DNA from: Candidatus Heimdallarchaeum aukensis
GTDB taxonomy: Archaea > Asgardarchaeota > Heimdallarchaeia > Heimdallarchaeales > Heimdallarchaeaceae
Assembly (NCBI GenBank): GCA_021513695.1
Contig: CP084166.1
Location: 448,001-512,000, forward strand
Reading direction: 5' to 3'
DNA length: 64,000 nucleotides
Shown: piece after piece, positions 10,440-20,551 of the stretch
Numbering within the stretch: position 1 is the stretch's first letter
Layout: the number at the start of each line of letters is the position of its first letter
The notes under the pieces: generated by a model
Told to the model about the DNA's origin: nothing
The model's input: only the letters and a program-made list of their open reading frames with translations
The model's database searches: none
Position numbers and translations under genes: made by a program

Positions 10440-11675
10440 ATGAAACATATATCAGAAGATATTTTGGGAACTTTAAGTTCAGAATTAGATGGAAAAACTA
10501 TTGTTCATTGTGTGACTAGCTCTATTTCATGCTTTCTAGCACCAAAAATAAGTCGGTTATTGATGAGAAATGGAGCAAAAGTTATTCCAGTTTTATCTCC
10601 TGAAGCAGCAAAGTTTGTTCATCCTATGATTTTTGAGTGGGCAACAGGAAATGAACCAATAGTTACAATTGAAGGAAAAGTAGAACATGTTCATTATGCA
10701 GGTTTATCAAAAGAAAAAGCTGATCTGATTCTTATTGCGCCCATAACTGCAAATTCTCTTTCTAAAATAGCTAATGGGATTATGGATACATCTGTTACAC
10801 TGATGGCTGGAACAGCTTTGGGAAACAATATACCTATGATAATTGTTCCTACAATGCATGAAGTTATGCTTTACAACCCTTCTGTTAAAGAGAATATTAA
10901 GAAGCTAGAGAAAATGGGTGTTAAAGTCTTAATGCCATTGATTGAAGAAGAAAAAGCTAAAATTCCTTCTGAAGAATATATAGTAAATGAAGTAGTAAAA
11001 GAACTAACTGAAAAAACTTTTGAGAATACTTCTGTTTTAGTTACAGCTGGTCCAACTAGAGCATATATAGATGGAATAAGGTTTATTAGCAATCCTTCAA
11101 GTGGAAAAATGGGTTTTGCTTTAGCTTTGGAAGCTTGGAAAAAAGGAGCTAAAGTAAAAGTTGTTTATGGAGCTACAGAACTTTCTCCTGAAAAGAATAT
11201 AGAAGAAAAAGTAAAAGTTGAAAGACCAGAAGAAATGTATTTAGAGGTTTTAGAATCATTAAAGAAAGAAAAATATGATTTTGTAATCCTTGCAGCAGCT
11301 ATGAACGACTTTGCTGCAGAGGAGATACCTGACGAGAAAATCAAGTCAAAGTCAGAATGGTTACTTAAACTGAAGCCTGTAGCCAAATTAGCAGACAAAA
11401 TAAAAGAGATTTCACCTGAAACTACATTAGTTTTATTTAAAGCAGAATATGCAAAAACAGACGAAGAATTAGTTGAAATAGCTAAACAAAGACTAGAAAA
11501 AGCTCAAGCTGACTTTATTGTGGCTAACGATGTTTCCGTCAAAAAATATGGATTTGCAAGTTACCAAAATAGGGTGGCTTTGATATCAAAAGATAAAGAA
11601 AAAGTTCAGTGGTTTGAAGGTAGTAAAAAAGAAGTTGCTAGAAAAATATTAGAAAATATTAGAAAAAAAATGTAA
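10440..11675 (+). CDS. coaBC: bifunctional phosphopantothenoylcysteine decarboxylase / phosphopantothenate-cysteine ligase
   Basis: N-terminal flavoprotein domain (…ADLILIAPITANSLSKIANGIMD…). C-terminal DFP domain with VLVTAGPTRAYIDGIRFISNPSSGKMG signature. Confidence 0.85.
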   Translation: MKHISEDILGTLSSELDGKTIVHCVTSSISCFLAPKISRLLMRNGAKVIPVLSPEAAKFVHPMIFEWATGNEPIVTIEGKVEHVHYAGLSKEKADLILIAPITANSLSKIANGIMDTSVTLMAGTALGNNIPMIIVPTMHEVMLYNPSVKENIKKLEKMGVKVLMPLIEEEKAKIPSEEYIVNEVVKELTEKTFENTSVLVTAGPTRAYIDGIRFISNPSSGKMGFALALEAWKKGAKVKVVYGATELSPEKNIEEKVKVERPEEMYLEVLESLKKEKYDFVILAAAMNDFAAEEIPDEKIKSKSEWLLKLKPVAKLADKIKEISPETTLVLFKAEYAKTDEELVEIAKQRLEKAQADFIVANDVSVKKYGFASYQNRVALISKDKEKVQWFEGSKKEVARKILENIRKKM

Positions 11676-11689
11676 GAAGGCAATATTTC

Positions 11690-12424
11690 TTAATTACCAG
11701 ATGCAACTGGAACTTCAACTATTTTTTTATTGTTCTTTCTTTGGTCAATAATGAAATTTAGTAAAAACAATACTGGAATTCCAGAGTTAAATTCTAGCAG
11801 ACTGTTGAAAAGAATAATTGATAAACTACCTTCAATAGGCCTTATTCCTGAAACATGTAGAGTTAATTCCATTCCAAAGTGAACTAATATACCTATCAGA
11901 AAAAGATAAGCTATGTTAAGAAATGTTAAGTCTTTCATTGGTTTATAAAACAATTTAAGCAAAAGAATTACCAAATAACCAATTCCAACCATGAGTATTT
12001 GTGTCAGCCTAGCATTTGTCATTTCTCTGTAAATTGAAATCGTGCGGTCATCAAGAGGAATATATTGAGACATAAATGCAGATGACAACCAACCTACATA
12101 TAGGAAAACTGTCCAGAATAAAGCTTTCTTTACTTCTTTTGTTCTAATCATAATAATAGCGTAAGAAAACTCAATAACTCCGTAAGTAAATGAAAAGTAC
12201 AATAAAAACAGATCTGGTTGTAGAGGAGCATCAATAACCCTTGTTCCTTTAAGATGAAACCAAATGACATCATCAGTAAAGAAAACTATTAAAAAACCAA
12301 ATAAACCAAAGAAAAACTCTCTGTAATGTTTTTTCTTCAATAAAACTCCAATCCAAATCAAGCAAAATAATAAGTCAAAATATATAAAATCAAAATTAAA
12401 GACTCTGGCAACTATATTGTTCAT
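11690..12424 (-). CDS. polytopic membrane protein, unknown function
   Basis: Multiple hydrophobic helices. No motif. Confidence 0.4.
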   Translation of the reverse strand: MNNIVARVFNFDFIYFDLLFCLIWIGVLLKKKHYREFFFGLFGFLIVFFTDDVIWFHLKGTRVIDAPLQPDLFLLYFSFTYGVIEFSYAIIMIRTKEVKKALFWTVFLYVGWLSSAFMSQYIPLDDRTISIYREMTNARLTQILMVGIGYLVILLLKLFYKPMKDLTFLNIAYLFLIGILVHFGMELTLHVSGIRPIEGSLSIILFNSLLEFNSGIPVLFLLNFIIDQRKNNKKIVEVPVASGN

Positions 12425-12565
12425 TAAATTCGAGACAATTTACGTGATTTATAAGATTTATCTACATTTTAGTGTAATGTTGTTTATAATTTTTCATAAT
12501 AACTAACTTTTTGTTAGTACAATGAATAGGGTTATAAATTCTCCTTTCAGAGTTAATTTCGGAAA

Positions 12566-13471
12566 TTGAATAGGCAAATAGAATATCAGTGTGATGAATG
12601 TAAGAAAATAAGAATGCTACTTATTTCAGATGCTATTGAACTTAAGAGTTTAATGCTAGATGTTGGAACTATCGAGTTCGTAGATGTTCATCGATGCATA
12701 GATGATGAAATTAAGGCATCGTTATTGTACATAGACTCTTATAACAAAGTTCGTTCTCAGTGTATTATTGAAGCTGAAGAAAATGATGATACCAAAAATG
12801 AACTAGATAACTTAATTCCTACCGTTCCAAAAACAGATTTTCCTAAAATTCAAATAGTACCTACTTCTGATTTTGGTTCATTCAATTTAAAAGGTTTTAA
12901 AATTAAAGACAAACTTAGACAATGTTATTACTTACTTAATGAGAATGCTAAAGGAGAAAAAATTAAAGTTATTTCTCTCCTGAAATTTATTGAATTTGAA
13001 GCAACTATTGCTCCAGAAATAGATAAAAAGATTGCAGAAAGATGGATAAAAAGAACAGTAAAGTTAATTGAAAGTGTTCCAATTTTAGAAGATATTGTTA
13101 TAACCTTTCTCCCTTCCTATCTTGATAATTTTATCACTTTTGAACCAAAAGAAAGAGAAATAAATGAACTAGAATTGCTTTTTAATTCACCAATAAGTGT
13201 AATTTATACAACAGAAGATAAAAAGAAACTGTTTCAAGAAAATTGGAAAACTATTTGCCCAGATTTAGGTAGTACAGGATATAGAATGTATAACACAATC
13301 TTAGAAGAATGTGCAGATGAAATTGAAAAATCAATAATCGATGTATATTTTCAAATAGGTTCACAATACACTTTTCCTTACTTTTTAGCTTCAATTAATG
13401 AATTAATATCCTTGGGTTTAATCTGTTTTGAAAAACTAGAATTTATAACTATTAAACGACCTAACGATTAA
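12566..13471 (+). CDS. hypothetical Zn-ribbon protein (paralog of 7541..8437)
   Basis: See 7541..8437; shares the CxxC…HxC N-terminal motif and overall collinearity. Confidence 0.5.
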   Translation: MNRQIEYQCDECKKIRMLLISDAIELKSLMLDVGTIEFVDVHRCIDDEIKASLLYIDSYNKVRSQCIIEAEENDDTKNELDNLIPTVPKTDFPKIQIVPTSDFGSFNLKGFKIKDKLRQCYYLLNENAKGEKIKVISLLKFIEFEATIAPEIDKKIAERWIKRTVKLIESVPILEDIVITFLPSYLDNFITFEPKEREINELELLFNSPISVIYTTEDKKKLFQENWKTICPDLGSTGYRMYNTILEECADEIEKSIIDVYFQIGSQYTFPYFLASINELISLGLICFEKLEFITIKRPND

Positions 13472-13535
13472 GAATTGAGATATTAATATTTTTTTGTTGA
13501 TTTTTTTATGTTATTAAACACATTTAAAAAGTGAT

Positions 13536-16505
13536 ATGAAAATAAAATCCATGAAATATAAAAAATATTTTTTCTTTGTACTTTTCACGGTCTTAGTTGT
13601 ATTCGCTTATCCACGAAGCTTTTACAACGAAGTTGAAGCAGGATATACACAAACAACTCCTATCAACATATATTCTGATTCAGACTTAGAAAGTTATTCA
13701 TTTCCTGGTACAGGAACTGAAGCTGACCCTTATATTATAGAAAATTATAACATCACAGTTACTAGTGGTTATGCTATTTCAATTAGAGCAACAACAAAAT
13801 ATGTCATTATAAGAAATAACTATATTATAGGGTCTGATACTGGCAATGGAATGTACATTTTTAGTGTTGCACCAAACACTGTTCATATAATAAATAACAC
13901 CGTTGTCAATGCTTATACTGGAATTTATGTAAATACTGAAGGACAAATGATAATAGAGAATAATACTGTAACAGGAGGAGAGTCTGCCTATTATTTCTCT
14001 TCAACTGGAAATATTAATTTTACTAACAATAAGGCAATCAATCCTAAAAAATATGGTTTAAGAGCTTATAATTTAAATAACTTCAGAATGGCTAATAGTA
14101 CTTTAATAGGCGCTGGAGTAGGTTTTTCTACAAGTAGTACATCCTTTTATGATAATTACTATTTTGATAACAATTCAATTAATAACAAGCCTTTGATGGT
14201 AGTTTATTCTTCATCAGATCTTGTTTTTGACAAAAATCAAAATGGTCAGATATTAATTATAGACAGCACGAACATCACAGTCAAAAATTATGTCTCAAGC
14301 GAAAATACTTTTGGAGTTTATTCCTACTATTCTGATAAAATAACAATAGAGGATAGTTTTTTTTCAAAAGCAGTTTCTTCAATTAAAGCAGAATATTCTT
14401 CAAATATTGAAATAAAGAATGTAAAAATTAGTAACACATACGAGTATGGAATGAATATTCGCAATATAGATGGAATTTCGATTGAAGATACTATAGTTGA
14501 AGATTCTAATAAAGGGATATATGCAAGAGGAATAAATAATTTAGAAATAACAAATACTACTTCCACTAATCATGAAAATGATGGCTTGTACCTGTGGTAT
14601 GTAAATAATGCAAATATTTCTAGTTCGTTTTTCGCAAATTGTAAGAACGGATTAGTTGCAAGAAGTTCAACTAACATAAGATTAGAAGAAAACTCAGCTT
14701 CAAACTGTAGTTATACAAGTTTTACTCTAATTTATCTTGAGAATGTAACAGTAAAAGATAACTTAATGGAATCTGGGATAAAACTTAACCATTACAACGT
14801 TGAATGGAGCTACGAATTCAGTAATAATACAATAAAAGGAAAACCTTTAGGTGTTTTTTATAATAAAACAGGGTTAACTATTGACTCAACTTATTCGCAA
14901 TTAATACTAGTAAATTGTACAGACTTTATAATCAATAATGCGTATTTTTCTCAAGTAGTAAGAGGAATTTACATTCTTTACGGAGAAAATATTTCTATAA
15001 ATAATATCTCGATGTACAACGTCTTTGAAGGTGGACTATTAGTAGAGTATTCCAAGAAAATAAGCATTCAAGATTTAAATGTAAATGGAGTAATAGGTAA
15101 TGAAGCTTATGGTATTTACACTTATAATGTAACTTCGGTGTTTCTTAATCATTCTATTTTTACACTGTGCGGAGATTATCCTTTTTATGGAGAAGAGATT
15201 GCAGATGCTATAATTTCTTATAATATATTTAATAATAGCACTAATAATGTGTTTTACATTTACAATGGCTTTAATCTTTCTATTTTTGGAAATGATTTTT
15301 TGTTTAATGATTATGCACTTTATGTTGAATTTTCAAACGAAATAGAATTCTACAACCTTGAATTAGAAATGGGAAATTGTTACTCTGAATGGAACGGTTC
15401 AACTAGATATCCTATTGAAACAGATAGTGGCTACATTTATGATGAATTTCCATTAAATGATACTGACAGAGATAAGCTTAACGACAGTTTAGAAGTGTAT
15501 AGTTACAATACTGACCCATTTCTTGCAGATACAGATTACGATATACTCAGTGATTATGACGAAATAATGAACTATGGAACTGACCCAAACTCGGTAGATT
15601 CAGATAATGATAATATGCCAGACAAATGGGAAATAGAAAATAATCTTAACCCAATCGAAGATGACTCCTCAGAAGATCCTGACGATGATGATTTGTCTAA
15701 CATAGAAGAATATAATTCACACACCAATCCCAATTCTGCTGATACAGATTCTGATGGTATGCCTGATGGTTGGGAAGTGGAAAATGAATTAAATCCTTTG
15801 ATAGATGATGCTGATGAAGACCCAGATAATGATGATCTAACTAATTTAGAAGAATACTCTAATAATACTGACCCTAACTCTGCAGATACAGATTCTGACG
15901 GTATGCCTGACAAATGGGAGGTAGATAATAATCTTGACCCAACTAAAGATGATGCTGATGAAGACCCAGATAATGATGATCTAACTAATTTAGAAGAATA
16001 CACTAACAACACAGACCCTAACACCAATGACACAGATGGTGATGGTATGTTTGATGGTTGGGAAGTAGATAATAGTCTTGATCCTCTAACTGATGATGCT
16101 GATGAAGATCCTGATAATGATGGACTAACAAATCTAGAAGAACATACAAACAATACTAACCCAAATGATGAAGATACGGATTCAGATGGTATGCCTGATG
16201 GATGGGAAGTGGAAAATGGATTAAATCCTCTGATAGATGATGCTGAGGAAGACCCAGATAATGATAGATTAACTAACATACAAGAATACTTGAATAACAC
16301 AGATCCCAACAATCCAGATACTGATGGAGATGGATATTCAGACTCTGAAGAAATAGAGAAAGGCTCTAACCCTACCGATGCTACAGATAAACCTCTTAAT
16401 TTGGGATTGATTCTTGGTTTATCCATTGGTATTCCAACTGTTCTTATTGCAGTCTTCTTATTTATAATGAAGAAAAAAGGTTTACTCTTCTTTAAGAAGA
16501 AGTAA
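13536..16505 (+). CDS. cell-surface protein: signal peptide, right-handed parallel beta-helix repeats, ~6 thrombospondin-type-3-like Asp-rich Ca-binding repeats, C-terminal TM anchor
   Basis: N-terminal hydrophobic signal. Repeated NNT(V/I)…N…GIY beta-helix (PbH1-like) units. Tandem D-T-D-S-D-G-M-P-D-G-W-E…DPDNDDLTNLEEY units. C-terminal GLILGLSIGIPTVLIAVFLFIMKKK. Confidence 0.7.
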   Translation: MKIKSMKYKKYFFFVLFTVLVVFAYPRSFYNEVEAGYTQTTPINIYSDSDLESYSFPGTGTEADPYIIENYNITVTSGYAISIRATTKYVIIRNNYIIGSDTGNGMYIFSVAPNTVHIINNTVVNAYTGIYVNTEGQMIIENNTVTGGESAYYFSSTGNINFTNNKAINPKKYGLRAYNLNNFRMANSTLIGAGVGFSTSSTSFYDNYYFDNNSINNKPLMVVYSSSDLVFDKNQNGQILIIDSTNITVKNYVSSENTFGVYSYYSDKITIEDSFFSKAVSSIKAEYSSNIEIKNVKISNTYEYGMNIRNIDGISIEDTIVEDSNKGIYARGINNLEITNTTSTNHENDGLYLWYVNNANISSSFFANCKNGLVARSSTNIRLEENSASNCSYTSFTLIYLENVTVKDNLMESGIKLNHYNVEWSYEFSNNTIKGKPLGVFYNKTGLTIDSTYSQLILVNCTDFIINNAYFSQVVRGIYILYGENISINNISMYNVFEGGLLVEYSKKISIQDLNVNGVIGNEAYGIYTYNVTSVFLNHSIFTLCGDYPFYGEEIADAIISYNIFNNSTNNVFYIYNGFNLSIFGNDFLFNDYALYVEFSNEIEFYNLELEMGNCYSEWNGSTRYPIETDSGYIYDEFPLNDTDRDKLNDSLEVYSYNTDPFLADTDYDILSDYDEIMNYGTDPNSVDSDNDNMPDKWEIENNLNPIEDDSSEDPDDDDLSNIEEYNSHTNPNSADTDSDGMPDGWEVENELNPLIDDADEDPDNDDLTNLEEYSNNTDPNSADTDSDGMPDKWEVDNNLDPTKDDADEDPDNDDLTNLEEYTNNTDPNTNDTDGDGMFDGWEVDNSLDPLTDDADEDPDNDGLTNLEEHTNNTNPNDEDTDSDGMPDGWEVENGLNPLIDDAEEDPDNDRLTNIQEYLNNTDPNNPDTDGDGYSDSEEIEKGSNPTDATDKPLNLGLILGLSIGIPTVLIAVFLFIMKKKGLLFFKKK
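15470..16360 (+). repeat. intragenic tandem repeats (~140-150 bp units) encoding TSP3-like Asp-rich modules
   Basis: Near-identical stretches, e.g. gatgatgctgatgaagacccagataatgatgatctaactaatttagaagaatac at ~15808 and ~15950. Confidence 0.6.
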
Positions 16506-16570
16506 GTTCTTTATTTTTTTTACAATTTTACTATTTTGCTAATTTTCAACAAAAAAGATAAGAAAAAAAG

Positions 16571-17467
16571 TTAGTAGAATTCTTTAGTTATAATTTCTAT
16601 TTGTTCATCACTTAAGCCTAGTTTGTCATGAGCAGGAATATATCCTTGGTTTAGAGCGAAATCTCTTTCTTCGTATGTTGTTTTATTTTCAATCTGGTAG
16701 AATATTCCTATAGGTAATTGATCTCTCACAAATCTCTGATTAGCCAAATCTATAGCAGCATGAAAGTCTTCTTTATCGTGGTCTGTTTCTTCTATTTTGT
16801 AAACTCTTGCTCTAAAGAAATCAAAAGTTTGGTTTCTGTTGAAAGTTATACATGGGCTAAAAACGTCAACAAATGCAAAACCTCTATGTTCTATTGCCTC
16901 TTTAAAGATATATTGTAAATGTTTAGCATCACCACTAAATCCTCTTGCTACAAAAGTTGCTCCTGCAGAAATTGCTAAAGAAACTGGATTCAAGGGGTTT
17001 TCTATGCTTCCTCTTGGAGTAGTCTTTGTTAATGTTCCTACTGGCGAAGTTGGAGAGGCTTGCCCTGTTGTTAGACCATAAATGAAATTGTTAGATACAA
17101 TTGTTATAATGTCCACATTTCTTCTACAAGCATGTAAAAAGTGATTTCCTCCTATCCCATAAATATCTCCATCTCCTCCATAAACAAGAACAGTTAATTT
17201 GGGATTAGCTAGTCTTACACCCGTCGCAACAGGAATTCCTCTTCCATGCACCGTCTGTATTCCATAAACATTTAAGAAATTGGGCATATGAGAAGAACAA
17301 CCAATTCCTGAAGCTAAAACAACTTCTTCAGGAGGAATCTCAAGTTCAGCTAGAGCAGCTCTTAAAGCTCTCCATTGGGCGAAGTTACCACAACCAGGGC
17401 ACCATGTAGGCCTAAAATTGCTTTTATAATCGTCAGCTTTATATTTTCTTTCACTCATTTTTAACAA
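16571..17467 (-). CDS. 2-oxoacid:ferredoxin oxidoreductase, beta (TPP-binding) subunit
   Basis: WCPGCGNF Cys motif, GDG…N TPP-binding fold (VYGGDGDIYGIGGNHF). Confidence 0.85.
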   Translation of the reverse strand: MLKMSERKYKADDYKSNFRPTWCPGCGNFAQWRALRAALAELEIPPEEVVLASGIGCSSHMPNFLNVYGIQTVHGRGIPVATGVRLANPKLTVLVYGGDGDIYGIGGNHFLHACRRNVDIITIVSNNFIYGLTTGQASPTSPVGTLTKTTPRGSIENPLNPVSLAISAGATFVARGFSGDAKHLQYIFKEAIEHRGFAFVDVFSPCITFNRNQTFDFFRARVYKIEETDHDKEDFHAAIDLANQRFVRDQLPIGIFYQIENKTTYEERDFALNQGYIPAHDKLGLSDEQIEIITKEFY

Positions 17468-19202
17468 TCTCCTTTACTTTCTCTACTATTTGGCTCGGAA
17501 CAATAAGTTCTCCATCATATCTTCGCAAGTGATGCTTGATATCAAAAGCAGTTTGCATACAAATATACTGCTGCATCTGTCCAGAAAAGTTCTGTTCTAT
17601 AATCAAAACTTCTTTAGCATTCTCCAAAATTTCTTTAACTTTTTCTTTTTGGAAGGGGAGAATGTATTTTATGTGAAGATGATTACTTTTTATTCCTTCT
17701 TCTTCCAGAAGAATTCGAGCTTCTCTAACAATATTTATTGTTGAGCCCCAAGAAACAAGTGTTATATCTGCATCTTTGTCTCCTTCGAAAATAGGTTCTG
17801 GTATCTCTTTTGCTACTTGCTCCAGTTTTCTAGCTCTTTTTTCAACCATTGCATTTCTAATAGGTAGAGTATCAGGAAGACCTGCTAAAGTTGACGCAAT
17901 AGAAAAACCTTTTTCATTTCTTTCACTAGAACCTGTAAAGTGCATACCTTTGGGTGTTCCTGGAAGTGTTCTGGGTGAAACTCCACTTTCTGTAATTTTA
18001 TATCTGAGATAATTGTCATCCACTTTGTCTAGAATACCATATCTTTTTGTTTTGTGTTTTAAATTGAGTTTTCTAACTGTAGCTATTCCTTCTGATAAAT
18101 AGAGATCCATTAAAACTATTACTACCATTTGATATTTTTCAGCTAATTCTAAAGATTCTACACCCACGTTAAAAGCATCTTCCATATCATATGGAGCGAT
18201 TATAATCTTAGGAAAGTCTCCTTGACTTGCACCATAAGCTTGGAACAAATCAGCTTGTTCGGTTTTTGTTGCCATTCCAGTTGAAGGACCAGCACGCATG
18301 GAGTTGATTATAACCAAAGGAACTTCTTGAATGGCAGCCATCCCTACAATCTCTGTCATGAGAGCAAATCCTCCTCCAGAAGTCCCCGTAGCAGCTCGTG
18401 CACCACAATAAGAAGCTCCTACAGCCATTCCTACTGCTGCTATTTCATCTTCAGTTTGTTTAACGATAATTCCTAATTTAGGTAGATATCTTGTGAGATA
18501 ATGAATAATTGAAGTCGCTGGAGTCATGGGGTATCCAGAATAATATTTCAAGCCACCTGTTAAAAGACCTAAAGCTAAAGCTTCATTTCCAGTTATGACC
18601 ATCTGTTTTCCTTTTTCAAACTTAAGTTTTTTAGATACCTTTTCCCAGTTATTGCTTTTAGCAAATTCAATTCCTAAATCTAAAGCTTTATAGTTTATTT
18701 CTACTACTTCTTTTCCTTTGTAACCAAATTGCTCTTCTAAAACTTCTTTAATTAGTTCAGTATCTAAACCTAGTATATGTCCTAAAGCTCCAAAAACAAT
18801 AATGTTCTTAATTACAGAAAGCTTAGAAACTTGCTTTGCTAATTCTTTCATGGGTATGGGTAATTTCTCTATTTTGTCAGAAGTGTAACCCAACTCATCT
18901 AAATCAACATAGTCTTGATCATAAACTATCTTTGCATTATCGTTGACCCTAGGAAGGTGTAATGCTGCAACATGTTTATTGAGCAAAACAATTATGTCTG
19001 CTTCTTCACCAACAGAATAAACTTTCTCGTCGCTGAATCTTAACTGATATTCGTTATATCCTCCTCGAATAACAGATTGATAACTTCTAAATCCTACTAG
19101 ATTTAGATTGTGTTTTTTAATTATTTTAGCAAAAAGCCAACCTAAAGAGACCAAACCATCTCCAGCACTACCAACAAATCTCACTGTAATATCTTGATTC
19201 AT
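17451..19202 (-). CDS. 2-oxoacid:ferredoxin oxidoreductase, alpha subunit with fused N-terminal gamma-like domain (Sulfolobus-type two-subunit OFOR)
   Basis: N-terminal FVGSAGDGLVSLG gamma-subunit-like domain followed by an alpha domain (…GYPMTPATSIIH…). 17-nt overlap with the beta gene indicates an operon. Confidence 0.85.
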   Translation of the reverse strand: MNQDITVRFVGSAGDGLVSLGWLFAKIIKKHNLNLVGFRSYQSVIRGGYNEYQLRFSDEKVYSVGEEADIIVLLNKHVAALHLPRVNDNAKIVYDQDYVDLDELGYTSDKIEKLPIPMKELAKQVSKLSVIKNIIVFGALGHILGLDTELIKEVLEEQFGYKGKEVVEINYKALDLGIEFAKSNNWEKVSKKLKFEKGKQMVITGNEALALGLLTGGLKYYSGYPMTPATSIIHYLTRYLPKLGIIVKQTEDEIAAVGMAVGASYCGARAATGTSGGGFALMTEIVGMAAIQEVPLVIINSMRAGPSTGMATKTEQADLFQAYGASQGDFPKIIIAPYDMEDAFNVGVESLELAEKYQMVVIVLMDLYLSEGIATVRKLNLKHKTKRYGILDKVDDNYLRYKITESGVSPRTLPGTPKGMHFTGSSERNEKGFSIASTLAGLPDTLPIRNAMVEKRARKLEQVAKEIPEPIFEGDKDADITLVSWGSTINIVREARILLEEEGIKSNHLHIKYILPFQKEKVKEILENAKEVLIIEQNFSGQMQQYICMQTAFDIKHHLRRYDGELIVPSQIVEKVKEIVKNE

Positions 19203-19344
19203 ACACTTATTCGCTCTTCTAAGCTTCTAAGAGCACATAATTTAAAGAGATAAAAAATCTTGCTAAATGGATATGATTTATTTTAGATCAACATTTGTCA
19301 CTTAAAATTACTTAAAACTTAAGAACAATAATGCATATTTTCAT

Positions 19345-20313
19345 TTGGTGGTTTTTATTACAAATGAAAACACTTTTCGCACAGAAAAAGAAAATGAACT
19401 TGGTTTCGAACAATTTTTGATAAAAAAACCTTCAGTTTTTAGGTGGATAATAGTTTTCTTAATTACACTTGGTTCTAATTTACTTTGGGTAGCGCTTACA
19501 GAAATTCCACTAATGCTATTACTTTTTGTTGTAGGTGGGGTAATTACTATTTCAATCTTCTTTTGGTCTGTAACAGGTCAATGGAGTGTAAGAATACTAG
19601 TTCTAAAAAATATTGAACGTATATCGGTTGGAAAAATGGGTTTTTTTCTTAAATATTCTATGAAGTTCCTTGGAATGCATTTTGATAAAAATAATAAATA
19701 CTTTTTAGAACGAACAAGCTATTTTAGAGATTATAATAATATAAAAGAATTATTTTATGATAGACTTCTTGACCCTGTTTCTTCGTCACTTGGATTAGGT
19801 TTCTTAATAATAACTTTTGTCAAACCATTCATCACTACTGTTCCACAAGCAATGATTATAGCAAACTTCGTTCTTCTTACAACTCCATTACTGGCAGGTT
19901 TTATAATTCCATTCTATTGGATAATAAAAGATTCTAGAATAAGATACATAAATGAGAAAAACGACATTTTCAAAGCAGAAGAAAATATAAAGAAGAGTAC
20001 ACTTAACAAGTTTTTAGGTTTTTCAGGTTTTGTTGCAGGAATTAATTTCCTACTAGAAAGTTTGCCAGAACATCCAGCATTTGCTAAAGTTAACTCGACT
20101 TTGGTTTTATTCATACTTTCAGTAATCGTCCTTCTGTTCATAAGCTTGATAGTTGCAGGAATAAACCTTTTTGTAGCAACAGTATATCTAACAACAAAAC
20201 ATCAAAAATTAGTAAATGAATTAAGAAATAAAATTACAAATTTTATTCCTGTAGGAGAAACTAATGTTTTACTAAATGATGAAAGAAAATCAGAAGTTAA
20301 CTTTCAAAGATAG
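19345..20313 (+). CDS. polytopic membrane protein, unknown
   Basis: Multiple TM helices. Start uncertain. Confidence 0.35.
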   Translation: MVVFITNENTFRTEKENELGFEQFLIKKPSVFRWIIVFLITLGSNLLWVALTEIPLMLLLFVVGGVITISIFFWSVTGQWSVRILVLKNIERISVGKMGFFLKYSMKFLGMHFDKNNKYFLERTSYFRDYNNIKELFYDRLLDPVSSSLGLGFLIITFVKPFITTVPQAMIIANFVLLTTPLLAGFIIPFYWIIKDSRIRYINEKNDIFKAEENIKKSTLNKFLGFSGFVAGINFLLESLPEHPAFAKVNSTLVLFILSVIVLLFISLIVAGINLFVATVYLTTKHQKLVNELRNKITNFIPVGETNVLLNDERKSEVNFQR

Positions 20314-20551
20314 TTTTTTTTTTATTTTTAATTTTGTTATGATCTTAGACAATTAAAATATTCTTTTAAACTTTCGTTACAATATTTGATGAATTTGGGA
20401 AATTTGTATATTCTAATCCAATTAAACAAGAGTAAATAATAAAATTGCAATGAAAATCAATTACAATTAACTTTTGTTTAATTAAAGCTAGAAAATAGAT
20501 TATAATTTGTAAAAGATTGTTTAGGAAGTCTAAATAAAAAAAGAAAGGAAA

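Noticed and set aside
15572-16426. 284-aa minus-strand ORF (Ser/Gly-rich) inside the surface-protein gene
   Set aside because: Antisense reading of the Asp-rich GAT/GAC repeat region gives Ser-rich low-complexity text. It has no start context and is fully nested in a strongly supported + strand gene.
16718-18012. Several 60-84-aa + strand ORFs inside the OFOR alpha/beta genes
   Set aside because: Nested antisense ORFs within well-supported enzyme genes.
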